Origin: Acidobacteriota bacterium
GTDB lineage: Bacteria > Acidobacteriota > UBA4820 > DSQY01
Assembly (NCBI GenBank): GCA_021814355.1
Contig: JAKAIJ010000001.1
Location: forward strand, 1 to 49,962
Reading direction: 5' to 3'
Length of the DNA stretch: 49,962 nucleotides
Made by a program: the position numbers and the translations under genes. Positions within the stretch are counted from its first letter, which is position 1. The number at the start of each line of letters is the position of its first letter. Positions 36,703-45,068 of this stretch are shown here, in pieces. A model generated the notes under the pieces. The model worked only from the letters and a program-made list of their open reading frames with translations, ran no database searches and was not told the DNA's origin.

Positions 36703-37502
36703 CACGCGGTCCAACCCCCGTCCACCACCAAATTGTGGCCCGTGACATACGCGGAGAGGTCGCTGGCCAAAAACAGCGCCGCGCCCTTGAAGTCCTCCTC
36801 CGTCGCCATGCGGCGCAACGGCGTCCGGGATTCGTAGCGCTCCCGAAACGCCTCCGGCTGCCCCCGCCAGACTCCCCCGGGCGTAAGGCTGTTCACGCGG
36901 ATCTCCGGTGCCAGCACCGTGGACAGGTGGCGCGCGAGCTGAATCACCCCGCCCTTGCTGGCCCCGTAGCCCGCGGGGTTGGCCATGGCGGTGCCTTCGT
37001 ACAGGCCCAAGTCGGGCCCGACCACGCCGTAGATGGAGGAGACGAGGAGGACGGAACCGTGTCCGCCGGCTCGGAGCGCGGGCGCGGCCTCCTGGACCAT
37101 CACGAAGGCCGCGGTCAGGTTCACCCGCAGAGCCCCCTCCCACGCGGAAACCGACTGCTTCTCGAACGGCTCGGCCCATCCCGCCATCTTCGTCGTGCCG
37201 ACGAAAGCGGCGCAGTGGACGAGGACGTCCAGCCTCCCGAACGACCGGGTCACCCCCCGGACGGCGCCGCGCGCGTCCGCTTCGTTTCCGAGGTCCGCCG
37301 CGACGCACGCCGGCCTCGTCCCGCCGACTCCCTCGAGGGCCTCGGCCTGCCGCTCGCAGGCCTCGAGGGACAGGTCGCACAGGACGACCCGCGCACCGGC
37401 TTCCAGCAGCGCCGCCGCGATCGCGGAGCCGATATGCCCCGCGCCGCCCGTCACCAGCGCGACACGTCCACCCAGGTCCATGAGCTCCCCGACCGTCTTC
37501 AT
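36699..37502 (-). CDS. Classical short-chain dehydrogenase/reductase (PtmA-like position in the Leg locus).
   Basis: Start at ATG 37502 (ATGA overlap). Motifs VALVTGGAGHIGSAIA (TGxxxGxG) and YGASKGGV (YxxxK). Confidence 0.7.
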   Translation of the reverse strand: MKTVGELMDLGGRVALVTGGAGHIGSAIAAALLEAGARVVLCDLSLEACERQAEALEGVGGTRPACVAADLGNEADARGAVRGVTRSFGRLDVLVHCAAFVGTTKMAGWAEPFEKQSVSAWEGALRVNLTAAFVMVQEAAPALRAGGHGSVLLVSSIYGVVGPDLGLYEGTAMANPAGYGASKGGVIQLARHLSTVLAPEIRVNSLTPGGVWRGQPEAFRERYESRTPLRRMATEEDFKGAALFLASDLSAYVTGHNLVVDGGWTAW

Positions 37503-38233
37503 GGCGCCTCCAGCCACGGAAACTTGACGAGGCCGTGCCGGACGAGCAGGTCGGCCCGCTCGAACTCGTCGAGGTCGTCAATGTGGATGGCCCGGGCCTC
37601 GGGAACCTCCAGGAGGCGCAGGCTGCCCCCCATCCAGGAGTCCGACGCGGCCAGGAGGTAGTCCCGCCGCCACAGGTAAAGGGTGGCGTTGATGCGGAAC
37701 ACCTCGGGCAGGTCCTGGCGCCGCGCGTACTTCGCCGCGCCCGGCATCAGGGGCGCCAGGTACCCCCCGCTCTCGACGACGCAATGCCAATAGGGGTTGA
37801 ACTCGGGGCGCGATACCCCCACGACGCCGTCCGCGCGGGGGTCCTCCTCCAGGAGGGCCACGGCCCGCGCGACGTCCGAAGGGAGGCGGCCGGGGCTGGT
37901 GGGATCCATCAGGAGGAGGGCGGCGTAGGGGTGGCCGCTTCGCGCCTCCGCGGCCCTCAGTGCGTGCTGGAGCACGGGAAGCATCGGCGTCCGGTCCTGG
38001 GCGAGCTCCGGCGGCCTCAGGAACGGGACCTCACCCCCGTGGGCCCGGGCGACGGCGGCGATCTCCTCGGAGTCCGTGCTCACCACGGTCGCCGCGATTT
38101 CGGGGCACAGCTTCGCGCACCGGATGGAGTGGGCGATCAGGGGAAGCCCCGCGAGAGGCCGGATGTTCTTGCCGGGCAGTCCCTTCGATCCGCCGCGCGC
38201 CGGAATGACGCACAACAGGGGCTTGACGCTCAC
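37499..38233 (-). CDS. legF: CMP-nonulosonic acid synthetase (acylneuraminate cytidylyltransferase family, NeuA/LegF).
   Basis: Start at GTG 38233 (GTGA overlap). The signature of CMP-NeuAc synthetase-type enzymes is present: LCVIPARGGSKGLPGKNI. Confidence 0.8.
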   Translation of the reverse strand: MSVKPLLCVIPARGGSKGLPGKNIRPLAGLPLIAHSIRCAKLCPEIAATVVSTDSEEIAAVARAHGGEVPFLRPPELAQDRTPMLPVLQHALRAAEARSGHPYAALLLMDPTSPGRLPSDVARAVALLEEDPRADGVVGVSRPEFNPYWHCVVESGGYLAPLMPGAAKYARRQDLPEVFRINATLYLWRRDYLLAASDSWMGGSLRLLEVPEARAIHIDDLDEFERADLLVRHGLVKFPWLEAP

Positions 38234-39207
38234 GGGAGGACCTCCTCGGGCATACCGGTCCGGGCGCTCTTCTTCCATGCCTCGCAAACGGACAAGTCGC
38301 GCATCCCCTCCTCGAACGAGGCCAGCCGGCCCGGGCTACCCCCGCCCACGACTTCGAGAAAGGCCCGCATCTGCTCCAGGTACATGTCCTGCGCGGGCGC
38401 GGGAAGAACGTCTTCCCTGCCCCCCGCGCGTTTCACGAGCACGCGGTTCCCCACGAAGTCGCCCACGACTTCTCCGCGATCCCCCGCGGCGCGGATGAAC
38501 CGGACGGGGGACCGGCTGAGGTAGTCCAGGGCGAGGGAGACCTGCGGCCCGTCCGTGACCTGCCACGCCGCCTCCGCCATCTCCTCCGTCTGGATGCCGA
38601 GCCGTCCCAGGTTCGCGGCGGTTCCATGCACGCGCCGGGGAACGCCGAAGAGACGGACCGCAAGGTCCACGTCGTGGATGAGGTCCAGGATGACCCCGCC
38701 CTCGCCTTCGCGGGCGGCGTAGCTCCGGCGGTAATCCCGGTCCGGGCGCCAGCCGGGCAGGTAGGAGCGGCACTCTCCGCGGACCGAGTGCACCTCTCCC
38801 GCCTCCGGCAGGCGCTCCTCCAGGCGGCGAAGCGTCGGGCTGAAGCGGAGGCAGAGCGCGACGAAGAATCCGACCCCGCGCGCATCGAGGGCGGGCCGGA
38901 GGCGCGCGGCCTCCGCGCAGGTCGCCGCGAGGGGTTTCTCGCAGAGCACCGGCAGGCCCAACTCCACGGCCGCGAGGGCGTCCTGGGGGTGCCGGCCCGT
39001 GTCGGTGGCGACGACCGATCCCCGGGCGCCCATCCGCCGGGCCTCTTCCAGGTTCCGGGCGCAGGAGAGCCCCCGAGCCTCCAGTTCTTTCCTCCGGTCG
39101 GGACGGATGGGAACGGCCAGCGCGCCCGCACCCAGTGTTTCGAGCGCCTGGAGGTGCCGCATCCCGATGGAGCCGGTTCCGACGACCGCGATCAAGGGGC
39201 GGGTCAT
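38230..39207 (-). CDS. Gfo/Idh/MocA-family oxidoreductase (PtmF-like position in the Leg locus).
   Basis: Start at ATG 39207. Motifs IAVVGTGSIGMRHL (Rossmann) and CEKPLA (EKP motif). Confidence 0.65.
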   Translation of the reverse strand: MTRPLIAVVGTGSIGMRHLQALETLGAGALAVPIRPDRRKELEARGLSCARNLEEARRMGARGSVVATDTGRHPQDALAAVELGLPVLCEKPLAATCAEAARLRPALDARGVGFFVALCLRFSPTLRRLEERLPEAGEVHSVRGECRSYLPGWRPDRDYRRSYAAREGEGGVILDLIHDVDLAVRLFGVPRRVHGTAANLGRLGIQTEEMAEAAWQVTDGPQVSLALDYLSRSPVRFIRAAGDRGEVVGDFVGNRVLVKRAGGREDVLPAPAQDMYLEQMRAFLEVVGGGSPGRLASFEEGMRDLSVCEAWKKSARTGMPEEVLP

Positions 39208-39357
39208 CCGCGGACGCCCAGAACGAGAGTGCCCGCCATGGTCAGCCGATCTCTCCCGCAAAGAGCTCCCGGCGGCGGTTCCCGGGACGCTCCCGCGCGG
39301 GCCCCGCGCCTTCGGGAGCGAAGCTGCCGTCCGCGGAGGCGCGGAATGGCGCGGCGG

Positions 39358-40032
39358 TCACTTCTCGCCCCCGCCGCCCCGCGTGTGCCCGGCCCCCTTG
39401 AAGGCGTCGTAGCTCCGCTCCCCGGTCCGCAGGGCTTCGGGCAGCGGCGCCTCCTCGTCCAGATCGAGGCAGCGCACGCCGCCGCCTTCCAGTTTGTACC
39501 GCAGACCGCTCTCCGGGCAGGCCGCGCTCCCGGAGGCGTCGAAGGCGAGCCGGTGGCCGTGGCGGCTCATCCAGCCCGCCCGGCGCGCGGGCACACCCAC
39601 GATGAGCGCGTAGTCCGGGACGTCTCTTGCCACGACGGCGCCCGCGGCCACGAAGGCGTACCGTCCCACCGTCACGCCGCACACGATGGTGGCGTTGGCC
39701 CCGATGGTGCAGCCACGTTTCAGCAGAGTTTTCTCGTAGAGGCTGTGGCGGTTGACCTGGGAGCGGGGGTTGGTGACGTTGGTGAGCACGCACGAGGGGC
39801 CCAGGAAGACGTCGTCCTCCACGACGGCGCCGGTGTAGAGGGAGACGTTGTTCTGCACCTTCACGTTGTCGCCGATCACCACGTCGTTGGCCACGTTGCA
39901 GTTCTGGCCGAAGACGCAGTGCCTTCCGATCTTGGCGCCCCTCTGGATGTGGCAGAAGTGCCAGATCCTGGTCCCTTCGCCGATCTCGCAGGGCTCGTCC
40001 ACGAAGGCCGACTCGTGCTTGAAGTAGCTCAT
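39358..40032 (-). CDS. wbpD: LbH N-acetyltransferase, WbpD/WlbB-like (3-amino sugar N-acetyltransferase).
   Basis: Start at ATG 40032 (ATGA overlap). [24 protein letters not shown] and the long hexapeptide run are typical of WbpD/WlbB. It lies directly downstream of wbpB-like and wbpA-like genes. Confidence 0.7.
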   Translation of the reverse strand: MSYFKHESAFVDEPCEIGEGTRIWHFCHIQRGAKIGRHCVFGQNCNVANDVVIGDNVKVQNNVSLYTGAVVEDDVFLGPSCVLTNVTNPRSQVNRHSLYEKTLLKRGCTIGANATIVCGVTVGRYAFVAAGAVVARDVPDYALIVGVPARRAGWMSRHGHRLAFDASGSAACPESGLRYKLEGGGVRCLDLDEEAPLPEALRTGERSYDAFKGAGHTRGGGGEK

Positions 40033-41006
40033 GGCGCGCTCCTCCCCGGGGAATCCGGCGTCCCGGAACCGCGGGGCCCGGCCTCGGTGACGGGGACGGT
40101 GCGAATCTGGTGGACCAGCTCGATGGAAGGCCGGGCGTCCGCGAGGCCGAACCCCGCCCCCGCCAGGGTGCGCTCGTAGACCCGCGTGTGGAGGTCGGCG
40201 AACCCCTCGGTGAACTCGACCTCCTCCCCGTCCACGGTGATGGAGCGGTGGGTGGTCTGTCCTCCGGGCACGGGCGCGAAGGGTAGGTCCGACGCGTCCA
40301 AGGAGAGGAACCACTCGACCTCGGCGCGGTCGAGCTCGAGCCGCCCGCCCGCGCGCAGCGGCGTCCGCAGGTGCACCCGGCTTGACCGGACGGGGCCAAA
40401 GAGCCACAGGAGCAGGTCGAAGAAGTGGATGCCGATGTTCGTCACCAGCCCGCCCGAGCGGTCCTCGGACCCCTTCCAGGAGACGTGGTACCACCCTCCG
40501 CGGCTGGTGATGTAGGTGAGCCCCACGCGGTGGCCCCCGCGCGCGGCCGCGAGCCGCTCCCTCAGGACCACGAGGGCGGGGTGGACGCGGAGCTGGAGCA
40601 CCGTGTTCACGCGGCGGCCGCTCTCCGCCTCGATCTCCTCGAGGGCGTCGAGGTTCCAGGGGTTGATGACCAGCGGCTTCTCGCAGAGCGCGTGGGCGCC
40701 GTTGCGCAGGGCCAGCCGGACGTGGGCGTCGTGCAGGTAGTTGGGCGAGCAGATGCTGACGTGGTGGACGCGCCCCTCCTCGGGGCCGCGGTGGAGCTTG
40801 TCGAGGTAGCGGTCGAACCGCTCGATCTCGCGGAAGTACTTCACGTCGAAGGCGTACCGGTCGAGGATCCCCACCGCGTCGTGGGGGTCCGCGGCGGCCA
40901 CCAGCCGGTTGCCCGTGTCGCGGATGGCCTGGAGGTGGCGGGGGGCGATGTAGCCCGCGACGCCGACCACGGCGAAGTTCTTCGGGGGATTCCCGGGCGC
41001 GCTCAT
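40029..41006 (-). CDS. wbpB: Gfo/Idh/MocA oxidoreductase, WbpB/WlbA-like (UDP-GlcNAcA 3-dehydrogenase type).
   Basis: ATG 41006 (ATGA overlap). Motifs [20 protein letters not shown] and [20 protein letters not shown], which I recall as characteristic of the WbpB family. Confidence 0.7.
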   Translation of the reverse strand: MSAPGNPPKNFAVVGVAGYIAPRHLQAIRDTGNRLVAAADPHDAVGILDRYAFDVKYFREIERFDRYLDKLHRGPEEGRVHHVSICSPNYLHDAHVRLALRNGAHALCEKPLVINPWNLDALEEIEAESGRRVNTVLQLRVHPALVVLRERLAAARGGHRVGLTYITSRGGWYHVSWKGSEDRSGGLVTNIGIHFFDLLLWLFGPVRSSRVHLRTPLRAGGRLELDRAEVEWFLSLDASDLPFAPVPGGQTTHRSITVDGEEVEFTEGFADLHTRVYERTLAGAGFGLADARPSIELVHQIRTVPVTEAGPRGSGTPDSPGRSAP

Positions 41007-42313
41007 GCGGTCACGATGTTCCGGCCGCCGCCGGGGAAGACGTTGCGGGTGTCCACGACCAGCGGGAGGCGCCTCGCCACCAGGGCGTAGTCCACGGCGG
41101 CGTGGTCGGTCACGACCACCGCCGCGTCGAAGCCCGCCAGGCTCCGGGCCGTGAGCGGCACGCTGGCCAGATCGAAGGCGTACTCCCGAGTGCGCGGAAG
41201 GCGCGGGACGTGGGGGTCGTGGTAGGCCGCGCGGGCCCCGGCCCGGTCGAGGAGGCTCAGGATCTTGAGGGCGGGCGACTCGCGCATGTCGTCAATGTCG
41301 CGCTTGTATGCCACGCCCAGGACGAGCACCCGGGCCCCGCGGAGCGGCTTGCCGAGGTCGGCCAGCCCCCCGCGCAGCCGCTCCACCACGTGGTAGGGCA
41401 TGGAGGTGTTGATCTCCCCGGCCAGCTCGATGAACCGCGTGGAGAAATCGAACTCGCGGGCCTTCCACGTGAGGTAGAAGGGGTCAATGGGGATGCAGTG
41501 CCCACCGAGCCCCGGCCCCGGGTAGAAGGGCATGAAGCCGAAGGGCTTGGTGGCCGCCGCCCGGATCACCTCGAAGACGTCCAGCCCCATGCGCCCGCAC
41601 AGGAGCTTCACCTCGTTGGCCATGGCGATGTTCACGGCCCGGAAGGTGTTCTCGTAGATCTTCACCATCTCGGCGGTGCGCGTGGAGGAGACCGGGACCA
41701 CCCGCTGGAACGCGGCGCCGTACAGGTCCACCGCGGCCTTCAGCGCGGCGGGGGTGTCGGCGCCCACCACCTTGGGGATGCGGGCCGTGGTGAACTTCTC
41801 GTTGCCGGGGTCCTCCCGCTCGGGGCTGAAGGCGAGGTGGAAGTCCCGGTTGGCCCGGAGCCCCTTGGCCGCCTCGAGGATGGGCCGCACCACTTCGTCC
41901 GTCGTGCCGGGCCAGGTGGTGCTTTCGAGCACCACGAGCATCCCCTTGTGGAGGTAGGGGGCGGTGGCGCGGGCCGTCTCTTCGATGTAGGACATGTCCG
42001 GCTCGCGGTGGTGGGTGAGGGGCGTCGGGACGCAGTAGATGAGCGCGTCCACTCCCCCCACCTTGCGGAAGTCGGTGGTGGCGGAGAGCCGCCCCGCCCG
42101 GACCTGCGCGGCGATGCGCGCCGAGGGGACGGTCTTGAGGTAGGTCCGGCCCTTCGCGAGGGCCGCCGGTTTAGCCGGGTCCACGTCGAATCCGACGACC
42201 CGGAAGCCCGCCTCGCAGAACGTGAGGCTCAGCGGCAGCCCCACGTAGCCCAGCCCCACGACTCCCACCGTCGGATGCCCCCTGCGAACCATCGGCGCCC
42301 CTCCCCGCATCAC
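41003..42313 (-). CDS. wbpA: UDP-N-acetyl-hexosamine 6-dehydrogenase (UDP-glucose/GDP-mannose dehydrogenase family, WbpA/WecC-like).
   Basis: Motifs [13 protein letters not shown] and [11 protein letters not shown] (catalytic Cys), with a C-terminal UDP-binding domain. The start is GTG 42313 (GTGA overlap) or ATG 42310. Confidence 0.8.
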   Translation of the reverse strand: MMRGGAPMVRRGHPTVGVVGLGYVGLPLSLTFCEAGFRVVGFDVDPAKPAALAKGRTYLKTVPSARIAAQVRAGRLSATTDFRKVGGVDALIYCVPTPLTHHREPDMSYIEETARATAPYLHKGMLVVLESTTWPGTTDEVVRPILEAAKGLRANRDFHLAFSPEREDPGNEKFTTARIPKVVGADTPAALKAAVDLYGAAFQRVVPVSSTRTAEMVKIYENTFRAVNIAMANEVKLLCGRMGLDVFEVIRAAATKPFGFMPFYPGPGLGGHCIPIDPFYLTWKAREFDFSTRFIELAGEINTSMPYHVVERLRGGLADLGKPLRGARVLVLGVAYKRDIDDMRESPALKILSLLDRAGARAAYHDPHVPRLPRTREYAFDLASVPLTARSLAGFDAAVVVTDHAAVDYALVARRLPLVVDTRNVFPGGGRNIVTA

Positions 42314-43536
42314 GGCCGCGCGCCCGGCGCCGGCGCGCCGGGCTCACGGTGTACGGCCTTCGACCCGCCCCGCGACTCCCGCGCCAGCCGGGCGAGGGTC
42401 CGGGCCTGTCTCCCCCACCGGCGCAGGTAGAGGAGCGGCACCGGGAGGTGGGCGTGGCCGGGGTCCTTCTCGCGCAGGTGCGCGGCCCCCGGGAAGAGGA
42501 TCTGCCACGCGATCCTGCCGGCGCTCCAGGGGCTGCGGGCGTGGCGGATCTGCGCCAGCGCCTCCTGCCCCACCCTGCTTTCCGGGCTTAGAGGGGGCCT
42601 TTTCTCTCCCCCCATTTCGCGGAGCCGGCTCAGGACCTCGCCGGGAACCGCCGCGCCGAAGACCTCCGCCGCCCCGAGGAGTCCCTCGCACGCCGCGCCC
42701 GCGAAGCCGCTCTCGCGGGCCAGTTGGCACACCCTCTCCCAGCTCAGGCGGCCGCCGAACCGCTCCAGGAGCTGGGCGGCGTCCGCGAAGGCGAGGAGCT
42801 TGAAGGTCTCCCCCGTCCGAAAACCCGACGCGTGGGCCATGAGGTAGACCAGGTTGGCCTCCGGGGCGAGCACCCGCGCGGGGCGCCCCAGGAGGGTCGT
42901 GGGCTCGAGCCCCTGAAGGAGGCAGCGGGTCCGGGAGACCCTGCGGTCGCGCGCCGCGAAGAGGAGCTCGCCGTGGATCTCGACCAGGCAGCCGGTGGCC
43001 GGGGCCTTCAGGGCGTCGAGGTGGTTGTCCAGGTCCCAGGGGTCCGCCGACGCCCCCGCGCCCTGGGATTCGTACCCCGCCGAGAGAAGCCTTCGCTGCG
43101 CCTCCTCCGCCTTGGCCAGGTCCTCGAAGTAGAGGTCCGTGTCGGCCCGCGGGCGGAGGTAGGGGCTCGGGTAGCAGCGGTAGGCCAGGTCCACCCCCTT
43201 GAGCAGGACCGGCGGCACGCCCACGGGCGCCAGCAGGTCGAGCACCCGCTCCAGCTCCCGCTCCTGGACCTCGGCCACCGCCCGGTAGCGGGCGAGCCGG
43301 CGGTCGAGATCGGCCCAGCGCGACAAAGAGCCACCCGTCTCGCGCCCGGCCCGTTGGAGGCGCCGCAGAACGAGGGGCAGGACGCCCTCCCAGCGGAGCT
43401 GCTCGGCCGTCTCGCGCCACTCCTCCTCGCCGAGATCCAGCAGTCGGGACGGCTCGCGCACGAGGAGCGCAAGGGACCCCGCCGCGGGCGCGGGCGCTCC
43501 GCTACGCCTCTCGAGAAGCCCGGAGACCGGGCTCAC
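42310..43536 (-). CDS. Uncharacterised nucleotidyltransferase-like protein (PF14907/NTP_transf_5-like), paralog B.
   Basis: Start at GTG 43536 (GTGA overlap). PPVLLKGVDLAYRCYPSPYLRPRADTDLYF matches the family pattern as I recall it: LKG, then YP...R, then DxDL. It is colinear with the upstream paralog along its whole length. Confidence 0.6.
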   Translation of the reverse strand: MSPVSGLLERRSGAPAPAAGSLALLVREPSRLLDLGEEEWRETAEQLRWEGVLPLVLRRLQRAGRETGGSLSRWADLDRRLARYRAVAEVQERELERVLDLLAPVGVPPVLLKGVDLAYRCYPSPYLRPRADTDLYFEDLAKAEEAQRRLLSAGYESQGAGASADPWDLDNHLDALKAPATGCLVEIHGELLFAARDRRVSRTRCLLQGLEPTTLLGRPARVLAPEANLVYLMAHASGFRTGETFKLLAFADAAQLLERFGGRLSWERVCQLARESGFAGAACEGLLGAAEVFGAAVPGEVLSRLREMGGEKRPPLSPESRVGQEALAQIRHARSPWSAGRIAWQILFPGAAHLREKDPGHAHLPVPLLYLRRWGRQARTLARLARESRGGSKAVHREPGAPAPGARP

Positions 43537-44786
43537 GGCTCCTCTCCGGTCACGCGGGCCGCCAGCCCTGCGCGCGCTTCGTCCGCCGGGGAAAATGGAG
43601 CTGACCGCCCCTTCTCAGGGCGCCGGAAGAAGAACCGGACGAGCTGACGGGCCTGGTCGGCCCACCGGTAGGGGTAGAGGAGGGCCACCGGCCAGTGCCG
43701 CCGCTCCCCGTACTTCTGCCGCAGGTGGGCCGGCGGCGGAGCGAGCAGTTGCAGCCCCATCCTTAGGGCGACCAGCGGATTTCTCGCGTTGCCGAGCTTT
43801 TGAAGCGCGATGTGGGCGCTTCGCGTCTCCAGGGTGTACGGGAGGTCGTCCCCCGCGGCCTGTTCAAGCCGTTCGAGGAGCGGCTCCGGCACAGGAAGGC
43901 CGAGGTACTCGCGCGCGAGGGCGAGGCCGCGCGCCACGGGCACGGCGCACCCGCACCCCGCCGCCAGCGCCCCGAGCCGCTCCCAGCCGAAGGCCGGCCC
44001 CGTCTTCTCCGCCACCGCGGCCACGTCCGCAAGGGCGACGAGCCGCGGGGGCTCGGCCGAGTGCTGCTCGAACATGTGGGCCAGCAGGAACACCACGTTC
44101 GCCTCCGGCGCGAGTCCGAAACACCGCCCCGGCAGCCCCGGGATCTCCTCGAGCCCCTCCAGCAGCGGGCGCATGGCCCTCCAGCGCCGGTCCCGCGGGG
44201 CGAAGATCAGGCTCCCGTGGATCTCGACGAGCGCCCCGTTCTGCGGGTCCCGGAGGGTGGGCAGGTGGTACTGGGCGTCCCAGGGGCTCCCGCTGGACAC
44301 TGGATAGGGACTGGTGAAGCCGTGGCCCGCCAGCACCCGCTGGACCTCTTCCGCCTCGGCCAGGTCCGGAAAGAGGAGGTCCATGTCGGACATGGGGCGC
44401 AGGTGGGGCGCCTCGTAGTAGCAATGGGCCAGATGGAGGCCCTTGAGAAGGACCGGCGCGTGCCCTCCGGCGGCCAGGAGCCCCAGGAGGCGCTCGAAGG
44501 CGAGCATCGTGGCGGCGAACGCCGCCTTGTGCCGGTCCGCCTCCCGGGAGAGCGCCCGGCGCTGGGGCTCGGTGAGCGTCCCCCCCGCTTCGAGCCGCCG
44601 CCGCGCCACGACCGCGCCCACGCCCTCCCACCGCAGCCGGTCGAGCAGCGCGTCCAGCTCCGCGGGCGCCGCCGGCAAGGCGGCCCGCGGGTCTGTCACG
44701 AGGCGGGCGAGGCGGCGCCAGGCGGAGGCGTCAATGCCGCCGGCAGCGCCGGGCGGGATGCGGAACTTCTGGGCGGCGCGCGGCAT
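43533..44786 (-). CDS. Uncharacterised nucleotidyltransferase-like protein (PF14907/NTP_transf_5-like), paralog A.
   Basis: ATG 44786. Motifs: APVLLKGLHLAHCYYEAPHLRPMSDMDLLF. It shares RWEGV, LVEIHG, LAPEAN and a C-terminal LLY.YRW region with paralog B. Confidence 0.6.
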   Translation of the reverse strand: MPRAAQKFRIPPGAAGGIDASAWRRLARLVTDPRAALPAAPAELDALLDRLRWEGVGAVVARRRLEAGGTLTEPQRRALSREADRHKAAFAATMLAFERLLGLLAAGGHAPVLLKGLHLAHCYYEAPHLRPMSDMDLLFPDLAEAEEVQRVLAGHGFTSPYPVSSGSPWDAQYHLPTLRDPQNGALVEIHGSLIFAPRDRRWRAMRPLLEGLEEIPGLPGRCFGLAPEANVVFLLAHMFEQHSAEPPRLVALADVAAVAEKTGPAFGWERLGALAAGCGCAVPVARGLALAREYLGLPVPEPLLERLEQAAGDDLPYTLETRSAHIALQKLGNARNPLVALRMGLQLLAPPPAHLRQKYGERRHWPVALLYPYRWADQARQLVRFFFRRPEKGRSAPFSPADEARAGLAARVTGEEP

Positions 44787-44787
44787 C

Positions 44788-45068
44788 TTAGGGCCTATCC
44801 GTAAATAGGGCGCGGCCGCGCGCTCTGCGCCGGGCGAGCGGGGCGAGGCGGCCGACCGAAGTAAGGCTGCGCGAAGCGCCTTTCGAGGGAGGCCAACAAA
44901 GCCATGCGACGCCCGCCGCGAGCGCCCGGAGGGACGGGGCCATCCGCGCGCCTGGCCGCGTCAGCTCGCTCATCCGATGGTCTCCGTCATCGCCCTTCGC
45001 TTGCTTCCTTGCCATTCATCGCGGCTGGCCTCCGTCGCGACCATGCCTTATTTGCGGATAGGCCCTTA
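44788..45068. mobile_element. MITE-like non-autonomous element: 275-bp body (44791..45065) with 21-bp imperfect terminal inverted repeats, flanked by TTA on both sides.
   Basis: The left end is GGGCCTATCCGTAAATAGGGC (44791..44811). The reverse complement of the right end (45045..45065) is GGGCCTATCCGCAAATAAGGC, so 19 of 21 positions match. TTA sits at 44788..44790 and at 45066..45068. There is no credible internal ORF. The first 49 nt recur at 49807..49855. Confidence 0.6.

Noticed and set aside
36699-39207. Naming the SDR and the Gfo/Idh/MocA genes as ptmA and ptmF with defined biochemical roles.
   Set aside because: Only their position within the Leg cluster and their broad family membership are visible. 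My recollection of the exact PtmA and PtmF activities is not firm. The SDR could instead serve the ACP-linked acyl module. They are therefore reported only as PtmA-like and PtmF-like by position.
44788-45015. A 75-aa minus-strand ORF, and the 5' part of a 414-aa plus-strand ORF, inside the MITE-like element.
   Set aside because: There is no ribosome-binding site and no recognisable domain, and the composition is Arg/Ala-rich. The ORFs lie wholly within the inverted-repeat-bounded element and are most likely fortuitous.
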